Source: a virus
Lineage: Duplodnaviria; Caudoviricetes
Reading direction: 5' to 3' (one strand)
DNA: 64,000 nucleotides
IMG/VR virus record: IMGVR_UViG_3300005365_000022
Span: 24,171 to 88,170 of that record
The notes under the pieces were generated by a model. The model was not told the DNA's origin. It worked only from the letters and a program-made list of their open reading frames with translations, and searched no databases. The translations under genes and the position numbers were made by a program. This document shows, piece by piece, positions 43,963 to 54,338 of this stretch; positions within the stretch are counted from its first letter, which is position 1; each line of letters starts with the position of its first letter.

Positions 43963-45140
43963 TCGTCACCGGTCCATGTCTTGATCTCGCGCCGCGCGCG
44001 CGGATCCGGCTGGCCGTTGGCGCCGCGCGGCGCGCGCTTCGCCTGTCCCTGGCGCGTGTCCTGGATGCGGTCCCACTTGGTGATCAGCGAGCCCGGCGAG
44101 TCCACGCGGAATCCCGTCGTGGTCTGCCCGTGGAACAGCCAGTGGACCGTGCGCGAGATCTCGGTCCATGCGTCGTCGCTTGTCGTGACAGGCGCGGCGG
44201 CGGTGAGCGCCGCTAGCAGCTTGCCGTGGAGCTGGTGGAACTCCCTGGCCCAGCCAAGGCGGAGCCCGCTCCTGGAACCGTCACCGGTGCGCTCGCCCTG
44301 CTTGCCGGGCTGCCATGTCCATCCGCACTCCCACGCTTTCCTGCCGAGCAGGCAAGCCGGGAAGCGCTGGATCACCTGAGCCCTCAGGTAGTCGGCGGCG
44401 GCCCATGCGCGCTCTTGGATCTGAGCGGTGTCTACCGCGGTCGCCCTGGGCTTGGCAGGCTGGTCAACGTCTTCGTCTCGGTGCCCTACCGGCCACTCAG
44501 CAGCTGGAGGGAAACTGTCCAAACCCAGCAGAGACTTGTTAAGATCTCTAGGGGTTGAAGATCTGAGAGGATCAGATCTCAGATCTGGATCTGAAGATCT
44601 CAGAAGATCCAGATCCGCGCGCGCGCGCGGGGAGGGGAAAAGCGGGATCAGCTTCCCCTGGACACTTTCTGAAAACTGTCCAACCTTCCCAGGATCCGGA
44701 GGCACGCCGGATCTGCAAACGTCAGAGTTCTCTCCTGTTTCAGGCGAGAAAAAACTGTCCACGTTTTCGCCGGAAAACTGTCCAAGGATCACCAAAATCG
44801 GCGATCCGCGGCCACTTTTCATGGACAGTTTCAGGAGGCCGCGCTGCTCGAGCTCGAGCAGCATTCGGCGCACCGTAGAGCGTGACGCACCACATAGTGC
44901 GACAATATCTGCCATCCGCGTCACCACTCGGTAACCGCTGTGCGTCGCCACTTGGCGATCGCTGTCGCCGCCCACCTGGGCGGTGTTGGGATCCTCGGCC
45001 GCCAGCGCGAGGAGGTTGAGGACAAGCCTGAAGTGTCGGTCAGGCAGGCGCCGCCACCAGGCGGTGCAAAGTTGCGACCTTAGCCACTCGATCGGGACCA
45101 CGACAGGGCGTGCTCCTGAGTCGCTGAGGCGTTGGCGCAC
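43959..45140 (-). CDS. Phage replication initiator
   Basis: wHTH (IVALCGASRSTVRRMLLELEQRGLL), low-complexity linker holding iterons, directly upstream of dnaB. Confidence 0.7.
   Translation of the reverse strand: MRQRLSDSGARPVVVPIEWLRSQLCTAWWRRLPDRHFRLVLNLLALAAEDPNTAQVGGDSDRQVATHSGYRVVTRMADIVALCGASRSTVRRMLLELEQRGLLKLSMKSGRGSPILVILGQFSGENVDSFFSPETGENSDVCRSGVPPDPGKVGQFSESVQGKLIPLFPSPRARADLDLLRSSDPDLRSDPLRSSTPRDLNKSLLGLDSFPPAAEWPVGHRDEDVDQPAKPRATAVDTAQIQERAWAAADYLRAQVIQRFPACLLGRKAWECGWTWQPGKQGERTGDGSRSGLRLGWAREFHQLHGKLLAALTAAAPVTTSDDAWTEISRTVHWLFHGQTTTGFRVDSPGSLITKWDRIQDTRQGQAKRAPRGANGQPDPRARREIKTWTGDE
44512..44831. promoter_or_regulatory. Putative replication origin inside the initiator gene
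   Basis: AAACTGTCCA at 44512, 44673, 44752, 44775; inverted at 44822; 1-mismatch inverted copy at 44659; nine GATC in 44542-44616. Confidence 0.7.
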
Positions 45141-45202
45141 GCCATACCGTCTACGCGATCGGAGCGCACCAGGTCAACGATTTTCCCGCTATGGTCGGCG
45201 TA

Positions 45203-45556
45203 TCAGTCCGTGTGCGGCCACAGATGGCTGAGATCTCTCACCCAGTGGACCACATCTACGAGACCTTCCGTTGCCAGGCTTACAAGCCAGATCGTGATCG
45301 GATGCGGCCAGTGCGCCCCGTTGACGCTCTCGCGAAGCGCCTTGCTGGTGGGCGCCGCGGCATCCGGGAGCCCGTGCCGTCTGGCCTGCACGGCGAGGTC
45401 ATCGGCGAATGCGACGACCGTCTTGTTGCGGGCGCGCAGCCAGCGCGCGAGCTCCGTGCGAGGCTCCATCGGTGGCCTGCCGCGGCGCGGCTTGTGCTGC
45501 GATGGGGTCGGAGACGTCACGCGCGCCAGCGTATCTGCGCGTGACGACACCGGCAA
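45203..45556 (-). CDS. Cro/YdaS-like HTH regulator
   Basis: LARWL..TVVAFA..VNGAHWP..LVSLATEGLVDV; at the divergence point; true start may be downstream. Confidence 0.6.
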   Translation of the reverse strand: MPVSSRADTLARVTSPTPSQHKPRRGRPPMEPRTELARWLRARNKTVVAFADDLAVQARRHGLPDAAAPTSKALRESVNGAHWPHPITIWLVSLATEGLVDVVHWVRDLSHLWPHTD

Positions 45557-45669
45557 GGTTGATTATTCGTCGGTGGCGGATAATTCACTGGACACGCCAC
45601 GGACTAATGGCTTAGGACGTTGGAGCATGAGCGCCCTGGACACAGGGCGCCGAAGACACAGGAGGATTC

Positions 45670-46227
45670 GTGGACGTAAGCATTCAAATTCCCGACATCA
45701 CACAAGAACAGGTCATCGAGGCGATGGCAGCGCGGCTGCTCGGAGATCCGTACCAGCGCGACGACGAGTTCGACCCCGAAGATCCGACACCGCGCCCGAC
45801 CAGCTGGGACCGCAAGGCGATCGGCAAGCACCTTCGGCAGTACTTCGAGGCGCGCATCAAGGAGACCGTCGAAAATATGGTCGCCGAAGCTGTGGACCAG
45901 GCTATCAGCGCCGAGATCGCTTCCGAGGTTCGCCGGGTGTGCACCGAGGGATGGCAGACCACCGACGAGTACGGCCGTCCGAAGGAGCGCAAGACGATGA
46001 GCGATCTCGTGCTCAAGTCGCTCACAATGCCGGTTCACTACAGCTCGTACTCCAGCACCCAGTCGACACTCGCCGAGCGGGTCATGCGCGACACGATCGA
46101 GGACGCGCTCAAGCGCGGATTCTCCGACGAGATCAAACGCGCGCAGGACAAGTTCCGCGAGCAGTTCGACGCGCTGATCCAGGCCAAGTTCGCCGACACC
46201 ATCAAGTCAGCACTGGGGCTCCGATGA
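45670..46227 (+). CDS. Hypothetical protein (first rightward gene)
   Basis: GGAGG RBS, 185 aa, helical. Confidence 0.7.
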   Translation: MDVSIQIPDITQEQVIEAMAARLLGDPYQRDDEFDPEDPTPRPTSWDRKAIGKHLRQYFEARIKETVENMVAEAVDQAISAEIASEVRRVCTEGWQTTDEYGRPKERKTMSDLVLKSLTMPVHYSSYSSTQSTLAERVMRDTIEDALKRGFSDEIKRAQDKFREQFDALIQAKFADTIKSALGLR

Positions 46228-47306
46228 TCGCAGGCCGCGACTACCTGGTTCCGGTCAACCTGGACCCCGAGCGCAACCGCGAGGCGTGGCTCGCTGATCG
46301 GTTGCTCGGACACGGCGGCAGCGACGTCGCCAAGATCGTCGGTGAGCACCCCAATAAGGGGCCGATCGACGTCTGGAGAGCTCACACCGGAGACGGTGTC
46401 CAGGATGACGACACCGAGCGCTCTCGCGCCGGACGCTGGTTGGAGCCTCACGTGATCCGCTGGTTCGCCGCGGGTGGCGAGGACTGGCCGCGCATCGGTG
46501 GTCCATACCGCATCGCCAAGCCGCCAACGGTCTACCACCGCGACCGCCCATGGCAGCGCGGCAGCGTCGACGGACTCGGCTACTACCCCGAGGCGATCGC
46601 GCATCTCCCTTATGGCGACGCCGAGCTGAGCGCCGTGATGGCTCCGAGTTTCCTGCTCGAGGTCAAGACGCACGGCTGGTTCGGCTCGAAGTGCTACAAT
46701 CTCGACGACGAGGACATGCCGCTGATCTCGGTACCGCCCGACAAGCGGATCCAGGTCGCGTGGTACCAGGAGCTCTACGACTGCGACGTTGCGTATCTCG
46801 CCGCGCTCGCCGACACGCACCTGAAACGGACGTTCCTGCTACCGCGCGACCGCGCGCTCGGCGCGATGCTGCTCGATGAGGTCGAGAGCTTCCGCAAGCG
46901 GTACATCCTCACCGGTGAGGCGCCGCCTCCGGACGGCAAGCCGAGCTACCACGACTTCCTGCGCGCGCGGTTCAAGACGCACGACGCCGAGCTGGTTGCA
47001 TCGACGGACGAGGTCGACACCGCCGTCGAGGCGCTGATCGCCATTAAGCGCGACCAGAAGCGGCTCAAAGCCGAGCGCGAGCTGGCCGAGCAGGTGATCA
47101 AGAAGCACATCGGAGAGCACGCCGGCGTGAAGTCGTCGTCTGGGATCGTGACGTGGAAGTCCCAGCGATCCGGAAAGTACCGCGACAAGGAGATGCGCGC
47201 CGAGCTCTACGCGGTCGCCGGATGGACCGACGTCGAGATCGCCGCGTTCGAGGAGCGGTTTGCACTCCCCGACAACCGCGTGATGCGCACGCCGGGGAAG
47301 GACTGA
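46224..47306 (+). CDS. YqaJ-like viral recombinase/exonuclease
   Basis: WLADRLLGHGGSDVAKI; GRWLEP; GSVDG; LEVKT; QVAWYQ. Confidence 0.88.
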   Translation: MIAGRDYLVPVNLDPERNREAWLADRLLGHGGSDVAKIVGEHPNKGPIDVWRAHTGDGVQDDDTERSRAGRWLEPHVIRWFAAGGEDWPRIGGPYRIAKPPTVYHRDRPWQRGSVDGLGYYPEAIAHLPYGDAELSAVMAPSFLLEVKTHGWFGSKCYNLDDEDMPLISVPPDKRIQVAWYQELYDCDVAYLAALADTHLKRTFLLPRDRALGAMLLDEVESFRKRYILTGEAPPPDGKPSYHDFLRARFKTHDAELVASTDEVDTAVEALIAIKRDQKRLKAERELAEQVIKKHIGEHAGVKSSSGIVTWKSQRSGKYRDKEMRAELYAVAGWTDVEIAAFEERFALPDNRVMRTPGKD

Positions 47307-47314
47307 AAGTCACG

Positions 47315-48808
47315 ATGACGACTCGAACTCCGCAACAAGAAGCTGTTGTCGACTGGTTCCGACACGGGACCACCGATCTCTGCGTCACGGCGAGAGCCGG
47401 CTCCGGCAAGACAAGCACCGGCCTCGCCGGCGTTCTCGCGCGGCCGTCCAACCAGTCTGCCATGCTGTGCGCGTTCGCGAAGCGGATCGCAGACGAGCTG
47501 GTTGGTCGCTTGGCGGAGTGGAACGCCGGGCCGCGTGTGCGCGCCAAGACGCTACACGGGATCGGATACAGCGCGGTCTCGCGTGCGTTTCGTGATCGCG
47601 GTCTGCGCGTCCGGGTCGATGGCAATCGCGAGGCTGGGATCGCACTTGATCTTCTCGGCGGCAGCACGGCGATGGAGGATGAGGCGAGAACGGTCGGCAA
47701 GCTGGCTGCCCTCGCTAAGGAGACGATCTCCGAGGACATCACGCACGAGTCACTCTGCGATCTCGCGCTCGACTTCGGACTGGCAGACACCGAGAACGAG
47801 GACGACAACCCGGAACAGATCGCAGCCTCGCGAGCTCGCGTAGCCCTTGATGTGATCGCGCGATCCGAAGAGGAGATCGACGGCACGATTTCGTATGCCG
47901 ACATGCTGTGGCTGCCGATCGTGAAGTCGTGGGCTCCGGACCCCGCTGACCTCGTATTCATCGACGAGGCGCAGGACATGACGCGAACCCAGCTCCGCCT
48001 TGCTACCCGCGTGTGCCGCGCCGGCGGGCGCATCGTGATCATCGGCGATGACCGCCAGTGCATCTTCTCGTTCCGCGGCGCGGATCCCGGGTCGCTCGAT
48101 CGCATGGCCACGGAGCTCAGGGCGCGCCGGCTCGCGCTCACGGTGAGCTTCCGCTGCCCGCAGGCGGTGGTTGCCGAGGCCGTACCGCTGGTTCCCGATC
48201 TCCAGGCCGCCCCCGGCGCCATCGTCGGCACGGTGCGGTCGGCCCAGGAAGCCGTGCTCATGGCGAGCGCTCAGGTCGGCGACTTCGTTCTGTCGCGCAC
48301 CAACGCGCCGCTGGCTCGCATCTGCCTAGGCCTGATCCGCGCCGGGACCCCGGCAAGGATCGTCGGCAAGGAGATCGGACCCGACCTGGTGAAGCTGGTC
48401 CGTCGGATGGCCAAGGGTAGGAACGTTGGCGACGAGATCGCCGGGCTCATCGATCGGATCGTGAAGTGGCGCGATCGAGAGGTCGCGCGCGCCGTGGCAG
48501 CCAAGCGCCAGACACGAGCTGACTACGTCTCTGACCAGGCGGAGACCATCATCGCGTTGTCCGACGGGATAGCCGGAGTATCCGCGCTCATCTCGCTGAT
48601 CGAGCGCGTGTTCGCAGACGACAAGGCGCCGCGCGTCACCTGCTCGACGATCCATCGCGCCAAGGGGCTCGAGGCCGATCGGGTATGGGTGCTCGCGGAG
48701 ACGCTCGACAAGATGCGCGCGAAGGACGCCGCGCAGGAGCTCGAAGAACAGAACCTCAAGTACGTGGCGATCACCAGGGCCCGGCGAGAGCTCGTCTGGG
48801 TTCGGTAG
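47315..48808 (+). CDS. UvrD/SF1 helicase
   Basis: ARAGSGKT, FIDEAQD, GDDRQCIFSFRGA, SFRCP, STIHRAKGLE, YVAITRAR. Confidence 0.9.
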   Translation: MTTRTPQQEAVVDWFRHGTTDLCVTARAGSGKTSTGLAGVLARPSNQSAMLCAFAKRIADELVGRLAEWNAGPRVRAKTLHGIGYSAVSRAFRDRGLRVRVDGNREAGIALDLLGGSTAMEDEARTVGKLAALAKETISEDITHESLCDLALDFGLADTENEDDNPEQIAASRARVALDVIARSEEEIDGTISYADMLWLPIVKSWAPDPADLVFIDEAQDMTRTQLRLATRVCRAGGRIVIIGDDRQCIFSFRGADPGSLDRMATELRARRLALTVSFRCPQAVVAEAVPLVPDLQAAPGAIVGTVRSAQEAVLMASAQVGDFVLSRTNAPLARICLGLIRAGTPARIVGKEIGPDLVKLVRRMAKGRNVGDEIAGLIDRIVKWRDREVARAVAAKRQTRADYVSDQAETIIALSDGIAGVSALISLIERVFADDKAPRVTCSTIHRAKGLEADRVWVLAETLDKMRAKDAAQELEEQNLKYVAITRARRELVWVR

Positions 48809-48827
48809 CCAAGAGAAAGGTACGACG

Positions 48828-50147
48828 ATGAGTTATCGAATCAGCGCCGTCGCAATTCGCGACTACAAGCGAATCCACGAAGTTAGCATATCTCCTGCCG
48901 CCGACTCGACTCTGATCCTGATCGGCGGAGAGAACGCTCAGGGGAAGACCAGTATCCTCGACGCTCTTGAGGCCGCGCTCGGCGGGAAGGACGCGGTGCT
49001 CACGGACCCGGTGCGCCACGGTGCCGAGGGCGCGGAGATCCGGGTCTCTCTCGCTCCTGACGACGGCTTCCCGCCACTTGTCGCGCGGCGGCGCGTCTCG
49101 CCCGATGGATCGAGCACGCTCGAGCTTCGCGACGACATCGGCGCCCTGAAGTCGCCGCAGGCGATGCTCGACAAGATCATCGGGGCGCGGTTCCTGGACC
49201 CGCTGCGATGGCTTAGGCTCGATTCCGGAGAGCAGCGCAAGCGGCTACTCGAGCTCGTTGACCGTGACGGCGAGATCGCCAAGTTGGACGCGCGGCGCGA
49301 TCGGCTGTACGCACGGCGCACCGAGGTATCGCGCGAGATCAAGCGGACCGCGGGGGCGCTGGCATCCGCCGGGCCGGCAGCGGACCCACCGGAGCCGATC
49401 GACGTGTCGGCGCTGAGCTCTGAGCTCCAGCAGATCAGCGATCAGATGCGCGACATCGATCGCGCGAGCTCCAGGAGACAGGTCGCCATCGAAGCCGCCG
49501 TGCGTGCCGCTCTTGCCGTTGAGGTCGCGCGAGAAGCGCTGGCGCGCGCGGAGTCGGCACATGCTTCGGCCGAACAGGCGGTGCGCGACGCCGATGCAGT
49601 GGTGCCGCCGATCGATCGGATAGCCCTCGACCAGCGCCGCGCAGAGATCCAGTCGGAGATCGGACAGGCCGTCGCCCACAACGGCATCGTGGCAAAGGCG
49701 CAGGTCGCCATTGAACACCGCCGCAAGCTCGTTGCGGAGCACGAGAGCAACGCCGCGACGCATCTCCAGATCGAGGCCGAGATGTCCTCGATTGACGAGG
49801 CGAAGCGGGCCACGCTCGCCGCCGCCGCTCTGCCGGTCGATGGACTCGGAATCACCGATGCCGGGGTCACCTACCGTGGCGCGCTCCTGGCCAACGCCAG
49901 CGGCGCCCAGCGCATGCAGGTCGCGATCGCGCTCGCAGCCGCCGCGCAGCCGCAGCTTCGTGACGTGTGGATCCGCGACGGAGCGATCATCTCGGCTCAG
50001 AGCCTTGCCGAGATCGCCGAGATGGCTCGCGCGGCAGGGATCCGGCTGTGGGTCGAGCGCGTCGAGACCAGAGACCAGGGCGTGATCGAGATCCACGATG
50101 GGCGCGTCGTAGCGACGACCGTTGCACAGGGGATCCTGTTCGAATGA
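48828..50147 (+). CDS. SMC/Rad50-like ATPase
   Basis: GGENAQGKTS, coiled coil, ASGAQ signature. Confidence 0.8.
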   Translation: MSYRISAVAIRDYKRIHEVSISPAADSTLILIGGENAQGKTSILDALEAALGGKDAVLTDPVRHGAEGAEIRVSLAPDDGFPPLVARRRVSPDGSSTLELRDDIGALKSPQAMLDKIIGARFLDPLRWLRLDSGEQRKRLLELVDRDGEIAKLDARRDRLYARRTEVSREIKRTAGALASAGPAADPPEPIDVSALSSELQQISDQMRDIDRASSRRQVAIEAAVRAALAVEVAREALARAESAHASAEQAVRDADAVVPPIDRIALDQRRAEIQSEIGQAVAHNGIVAKAQVAIEHRRKLVAEHESNAATHLQIEAEMSSIDEAKRATLAAAALPVDGLGITDAGVTYRGALLANASGAQRMQVAIALAAAAQPQLRDVWIRDGAIISAQSLAEIAEMARAAGIRLWVERVETRDQGVIEIHDGRVVATTVAQGILFE

Positions 50148-51358
50148 CGAAGCGCACCGAACCGGTGAAACCGCAGCCAGGGCTACCCATCAGCGACCTG
50201 CCAACCGAGCGAGTCGCTGCGCGCCGAGATCCAGAGCCTACCCAGGGGCCCGGAAGCGCCGCCGGCGAGGTTGGTGATAGCGCAACACGCGCCGCGTTCG
50301 TCGCCGGCGCGCCGATCCACGACGGCAATGCGACCACGCATTCGGCCGAGAATGGCGCTCCGTCAGCGGCTTCTCCGGCACCCGCCACCGAGGCCGCACT
50401 AGAACAACCGCCGTCGCCAGCCGTCGCCCACCAGCCCGCCACCGCCTCGCGACCGCTCCAGCCCGAGGATGGACCCGGCCCGCTCAACAACCAGGGGCAG
50501 CGAGTCGCGGTCTCCTTCGACCCGCAGAACGCCGACGAGATGTACCGCTACGCCCAGATGCTCGCGCGCAGCACGCTGCTACCGCGGGGGTTCTATGACC
50601 GGGACGACAAGGAGAAGAAGCACGCTCGCGTCGGCGACGTGCACTTCGTGCTGATGAAGGGCCGCGCGCTCGGCCTGCACCCGATGACCAGCATCGGCAA
50701 CATCAACATCATCGACGGCAAGGCCGAAGTCGGCGCGCTCTTGATGCTCTCGATGGTCCGCAAATCCGGCCTCATGGCCCCCGGCGGATGGAAGCTTGTG
50801 CACAGCGACGACAAGCGAGCCGTGTTCGCCACGCGCCGTATCGACGAGGACTGGACCGAGTTCGAGTACACGATCGGTGAGGCAGACCTGATGGGCCTGC
50901 TCGACAAGGGCCGATCCGAGTGGGCGCAGGCGAACAACCAGTGGAAGAAGCAGCCGCGCACGATGCTGCGTCGCCGCGCCCAGTCGATGCTCCTCCGAGA
51001 GGTCTATCCCGACGTGGTGCTCGGCTGCTACGACCACGACGAACTCACCGAGATGCGCGAGCGCGAGCGGGCGCTCGGGATCGACCCGGATCGCGTGATC
51101 GCGGCAGGCGCTCCTGCGGCGATGCTTACCGGCGGCGGCGGGAAGGGCCCGATTGAGACGCTCGCCGATGCCCGGCTCGTCACCGAGCTCGATCCACTGA
51201 AGGCGCGTCTCGCCGCCCGCCAGGCAGACCGTACCGATTCCAGCTCGGCGATGTCACCGAGCTCCTACGCAAACGCTGACCATGCCGAGCGGCACTGCAC
51301 CGCATGCGGATCGCCGCTCGACGAGCGCGACACCGATCCGTGCATCGCCTGCCGCTGA
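50144..51358 (+). CDS. recT: RecT-like single-strand annealing protein
   Basis: LARSTLLP..GRALGLHPM..INIIDGK..WKKQPRTMLRRRA..YPDV..YDHDE; in an operon with YqaJ. Confidence 0.7.
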   Translation: MTKRTEPVKPQPGLPISDLPTERVAARRDPEPTQGPGSAAGEVGDSATRAAFVAGAPIHDGNATTHSAENGAPSAASPAPATEAALEQPPSPAVAHQPATASRPLQPEDGPGPLNNQGQRVAVSFDPQNADEMYRYAQMLARSTLLPRGFYDRDDKEKKHARVGDVHFVLMKGRALGLHPMTSIGNINIIDGKAEVGALLMLSMVRKSGLMAPGGWKLVHSDDKRAVFATRRIDEDWTEFEYTIGEADLMGLLDKGRSEWAQANNQWKKQPRTMLRRRAQSMLLREVYPDVVLGCYDHDELTEMRERERALGIDPDRVIAAGAPAAMLTGGGGKGPIETLADARLVTELDPLKARLAARQADRTDSSSAMSPSSYANADHAERHCTACGSPLDERDTDPCIACR

Positions 51359-51435
51359 CCTGACCTTCACCGGATCATCGCTGGCCGGCGCGGCGCGGTG
51401 GATCCAACGACATCACCCGCGCCCTCAGGAGATCC

Positions 51436-52968
51436 ATGGCTACCGCAACCGAAGAAGTGAAACCGATCAAGCTGGAGTCGTTGCACGTCGCGACTTTCCA
51501 CAAGCGCTCCGTGTGGGGTCCGATGACCGACCTGCGCGACTCGATCGTCGCCAACGGCGTCCTCGAGCCGCTCATCGTCCGCCCCCGCGACCGGAAGGCC
51601 GGAGGCGGCTTCGAGATCGGCGCCGGCGTGCGCCGCTGGAAGGCCGCGACGATGGCCGAGCTCAAGACGGTGCCGTGCATCGTGCGCGAGCTCGACGACG
51701 AGGACATGATCGCGCTGCAGGTCGACGAGAACCGCCAGCGCGAGGGGCTGCACCCCATCGACGAGGCCGACTACTGCCAGGAGCTGGCGTCCCGGGGGAT
51801 GGCCAACGAGGCGATCGCCAAGCGGCTCGGGATCAAGAAGCGCATGGTCGTCCAGCGCATGGCGCTTCTGGCACTCGGGAAGCAGGCGCGCGCGGCGTTC
51901 GTTGACGGCCGCATCGACGCCGAGGCGGCGCTCGCGCTGGCCCAGGTCGGAGACGTCTCTCGCCAGCGCGATGTCTTGGCAGCGCTCGACGCTGGCACGC
52001 TGTGCGCTGAGGAGATCACCAGTTACGTGCGTCGGACGTTCACCAAGCCGCTCGACGACGTTCCGTGGCGGAAGACCGACGAGAAGCTCGTCGTGAAGGC
52101 TGGGCCGTGTTCGACCTGCCCGAAGCGCTCGGAGGTTCAGCGCGACCTCTTCCCAGACGCCACGCAGGGATCGCGCTGCCTCGACGTCGACTGCTGGACC
52201 TCCAAGATGGAGGCGACGTGGGCGATCGAGGTCGCGAAGCCAGACGTTACCCTGCTGGACCAGCCCGCCGAGCAGTTGTTCATTCCGTCGAGCACCGGGC
52301 GATCGCCGGTCATCCGCAGCTCCGGGATGGTGGACATGAGCGCGCTCTGCCCGCTGGTTGACAACTACACGTGGCACGAGGCGATCGAGAGGATTGTACC
52401 GATAATGGCCGAGAAGCCGTCGCTGTACATCGCCCGCGACCTCGACGGCCGCCCGCGCTTCCTGTTCCGGGAGGCGATCGTCAGCAAGATCGTCAAGAAG
52501 TCTGACCTCGCGAAGTCGTCGGCCGAGGCCAAGGCTGCTCAGGACCCGCATCGCGACGGTGCCGGCGAGCAGCAGCCCGCGGAGCCGGGGGCGCCGTCGC
52601 CGCGCGCTGAAGGGAAGATCCGCCGCCGGATCATCGCCGCCATCGCCGAGCGCGTTATTCGCGACGACCACGACACCTGGCCCTGGGTGGTCGCGCAGCT
52701 GCTCGACCAGCTGACGCCGCGCGCCGTGTCTGCCGCTGCCGAGCTCCTAGGACCGGCGATCCGCCAGCTCGACCCGCCGGCGCAGGACGGAATGCCGGGG
52801 CTCATCCAGCTTGCCGGCGAGTCGGCCCGCCAAGCTCGCCGCGTGGCTACTGCAGCGCTGGTCTTCGAGGTCGCCGACGTCGTCGGTGAGATCGTCGCGC
52901 CGATCCGCGAGCTGGCAGCGCTGTGCGGTATCGATCTCGCCGAGTTGGAAGCCGAGGTGCGCAAGTGA
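51436..52968 (+). CDS. parB: ParB/Spo0J-family protein
   Basis: LRDSIVANGVLEPLIVR..GVRRWKA..ENRQREGLHPIDEA; HTH; CSTCP. Confidence 0.85.
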   Translation: MATATEEVKPIKLESLHVATFHKRSVWGPMTDLRDSIVANGVLEPLIVRPRDRKAGGGFEIGAGVRRWKAATMAELKTVPCIVRELDDEDMIALQVDENRQREGLHPIDEADYCQELASRGMANEAIAKRLGIKKRMVVQRMALLALGKQARAAFVDGRIDAEAALALAQVGDVSRQRDVLAALDAGTLCAEEITSYVRRTFTKPLDDVPWRKTDEKLVVKAGPCSTCPKRSEVQRDLFPDATQGSRCLDVDCWTSKMEATWAIEVAKPDVTLLDQPAEQLFIPSSTGRSPVIRSSGMVDMSALCPLVDNYTWHEAIERIVPIMAEKPSLYIARDLDGRPRFLFREAIVSKIVKKSDLAKSSAEAKAAQDPHRDGAGEQQPAEPGAPSPRAEGKIRRRIIAAIAERVIRDDHDTWPWVVAQLLDQLTPRAVSAAAELLGPAIRQLDPPAQDGMPGLIQLAGESARQARRVATAALVFEVADVVGEIVAPIRELAALCGIDLAELEAEVRK

Positions 52969-53117
52969 AGATCCCGGTTGGGACGATCATCGCGCAGCAA
53001 GGAGGTCAGCAGTACATGATCATCTGCAGTGCGTCGTACAGGAGATCGTGGTGGCGGCGCGCTCTGGTGGCGCTCTCCATTCGCTTGCTGGCCATCGCAG
53101 ACCGGGGCGCGCCGTGA
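52965..53117 (+). CDS. Small hypothetical protein
   Basis: GTGA-coupled. Confidence 0.35.
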   Translation: MKIPVGTIIAQQGGQQYMIICSASYRRSWWRRALVALSIRLLAIADRGAP

Positions 53118-53374
53118 CTGTTGAATCATCTACGCTCGACGTCCGCCGCGATCTCTACGAGACCCTCACCGAACGAGAGCGCGAGGTCTGCAAGCTCCTG
53201 GCATTCGGCCGCACCTGCGCTGACATCGCGCGCGAGCTGGCCATCTCCGTGAAGACCGCGAAGACCCACCGAGGGCACGTGCTCACCAAGCTGCGCCTGC
53301 GGAACGTCGCCGAGCTCGCGCGTGACGCCATCATGGTCGGGTTTGTGCCGGCCCCGGGGGAGGCCTCGCCATGA
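53114..53374 (+). CDS. LuxR/GerE-type HTH regulator
   Basis: LTEREREVCKLLAFG..IARELAISVKTAKTHRGHVLTKL. Confidence 0.88.
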   Translation: MTVESSTLDVRRDLYETLTEREREVCKLLAFGRTCADIARELAISVKTAKTHRGHVLTKLRLRNVAELARDAIMVGFVPAPGEASP

Positions 53375-53892
53375 CCTACGCGGCAAACACGGTGGTAAGC
53401 GTCGACAAGTCGCGCGCAGAGATCGAGGCGACGCTGGTTCGCTACGGCGCCTCCATGTACTTCAGCGGGTGGGACGAGCAACACGCCTTCGTCAGGTTCT
53501 GCGTGCGCGATCGCCACATCAAGCTCGTGCTTCCGCTGCCGAAGCTGGACGAGGAGCGCTTCACTCACCACAAGGACCGCAACGGGTTTCTCCGTCTGAA
53601 CACGCCGGCCAAGGCGCTCGACCTCTTCGAGCAGGCGAAGCGCTCCCTGTTCCGCGCTCTCCTGCTCGCGATCAAGGCCAAGCTCGAGTCCGTGGAGTCG
53701 CGGATCGAGACCTTCGAGCAGGCTTTCCTCGCGCACATCGTGCTGCCCGACCAGTCGCTCGTCGGCGACCGCGTCAAGGCGCTCGTCGACGAGGCATATC
53801 GAACCGGGCGCATGGGCCATCTCGCGCTGGAAGCTGGCGCGGATGACCCTGTCGCCGATGCCGAGTTCTCCGATCCCGCAGAGGCGGGGTGA
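53371..53892 (+). CDS. Phage hypothetical protein
   Basis: MTYAANTVVSVDKSRAEIE..FEQAFLAHIVLPD. Confidence 0.7.
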   Translation: MTYAANTVVSVDKSRAEIEATLVRYGASMYFSGWDEQHAFVRFCVRDRHIKLVLPLPKLDEERFTHHKDRNGFLRLNTPAKALDLFEQAKRSLFRALLLAIKAKLESVESRIETFEQAFLAHIVLPDQSLVGDRVKALVDEAYRTGRMGHLALEAGADDPVADAEFSDPAEAG

Positions 53893-54329
53893 AGCGCTCG
53901 CCTATGCGCAGGAAGACGCCGCTCCGCTCGACATCGTCTCTCTCGAGATCTCCGATGCGGCGCGGCGCCAAGCGAACGAAGTACGCCCGGCGCGAGCGCG
54001 ACACGCCGTACATGATGGCCGTGAAGGCGCTCCCGTGCGCCGCGGTCTCCTTCGATATGCCGTGGCCGATCGACAACCACACGCCGTGCAGCCATGTAGT
54101 CGAGGCTGATCACATGGGCGACCGCGGGCGCGGGAAGAAGGCTGCGGACGACACCTGCGTGCCGATGTGCTCGCGCCACCACGCCGAGCGCGGAGACCAC
54201 ACGGGACGTTTCCGGCACGCGACCAAGGATCAGCTGCGCACGTGGCGCGCGACGGTTATCGCGGCGACGCAGAAACGGATCGCGTACCTCAAGCAGATCG
54301 CCGACGTCAGTTGCGACACGATCTGGTAG
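53889..54329 (+). CDS. DUF968-like HNH-related protein
   Basis: LPC..C..EADH..KKAADD.CVPMCSRHH. Confidence 0.65.
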   Translation: MKRSPMRRKTPLRSTSSLSRSPMRRGAKRTKYARRERDTPYMMAVKALPCAAVSFDMPWPIDNHTPCSHVVEADHMGDRGRGKKAADDTCVPMCSRHHAERGDHTGRFRHATKDQLRTWRATVIAATQKRIAYLKQIADVSCDTIW

Positions 54330-54338
54330 CTCGCGACT

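Noticed and set aside
45670-51358. YqaJ/UvrD/SMC-like/RecT block as a novel system
   Set aside because: Ordinary phage recombination module
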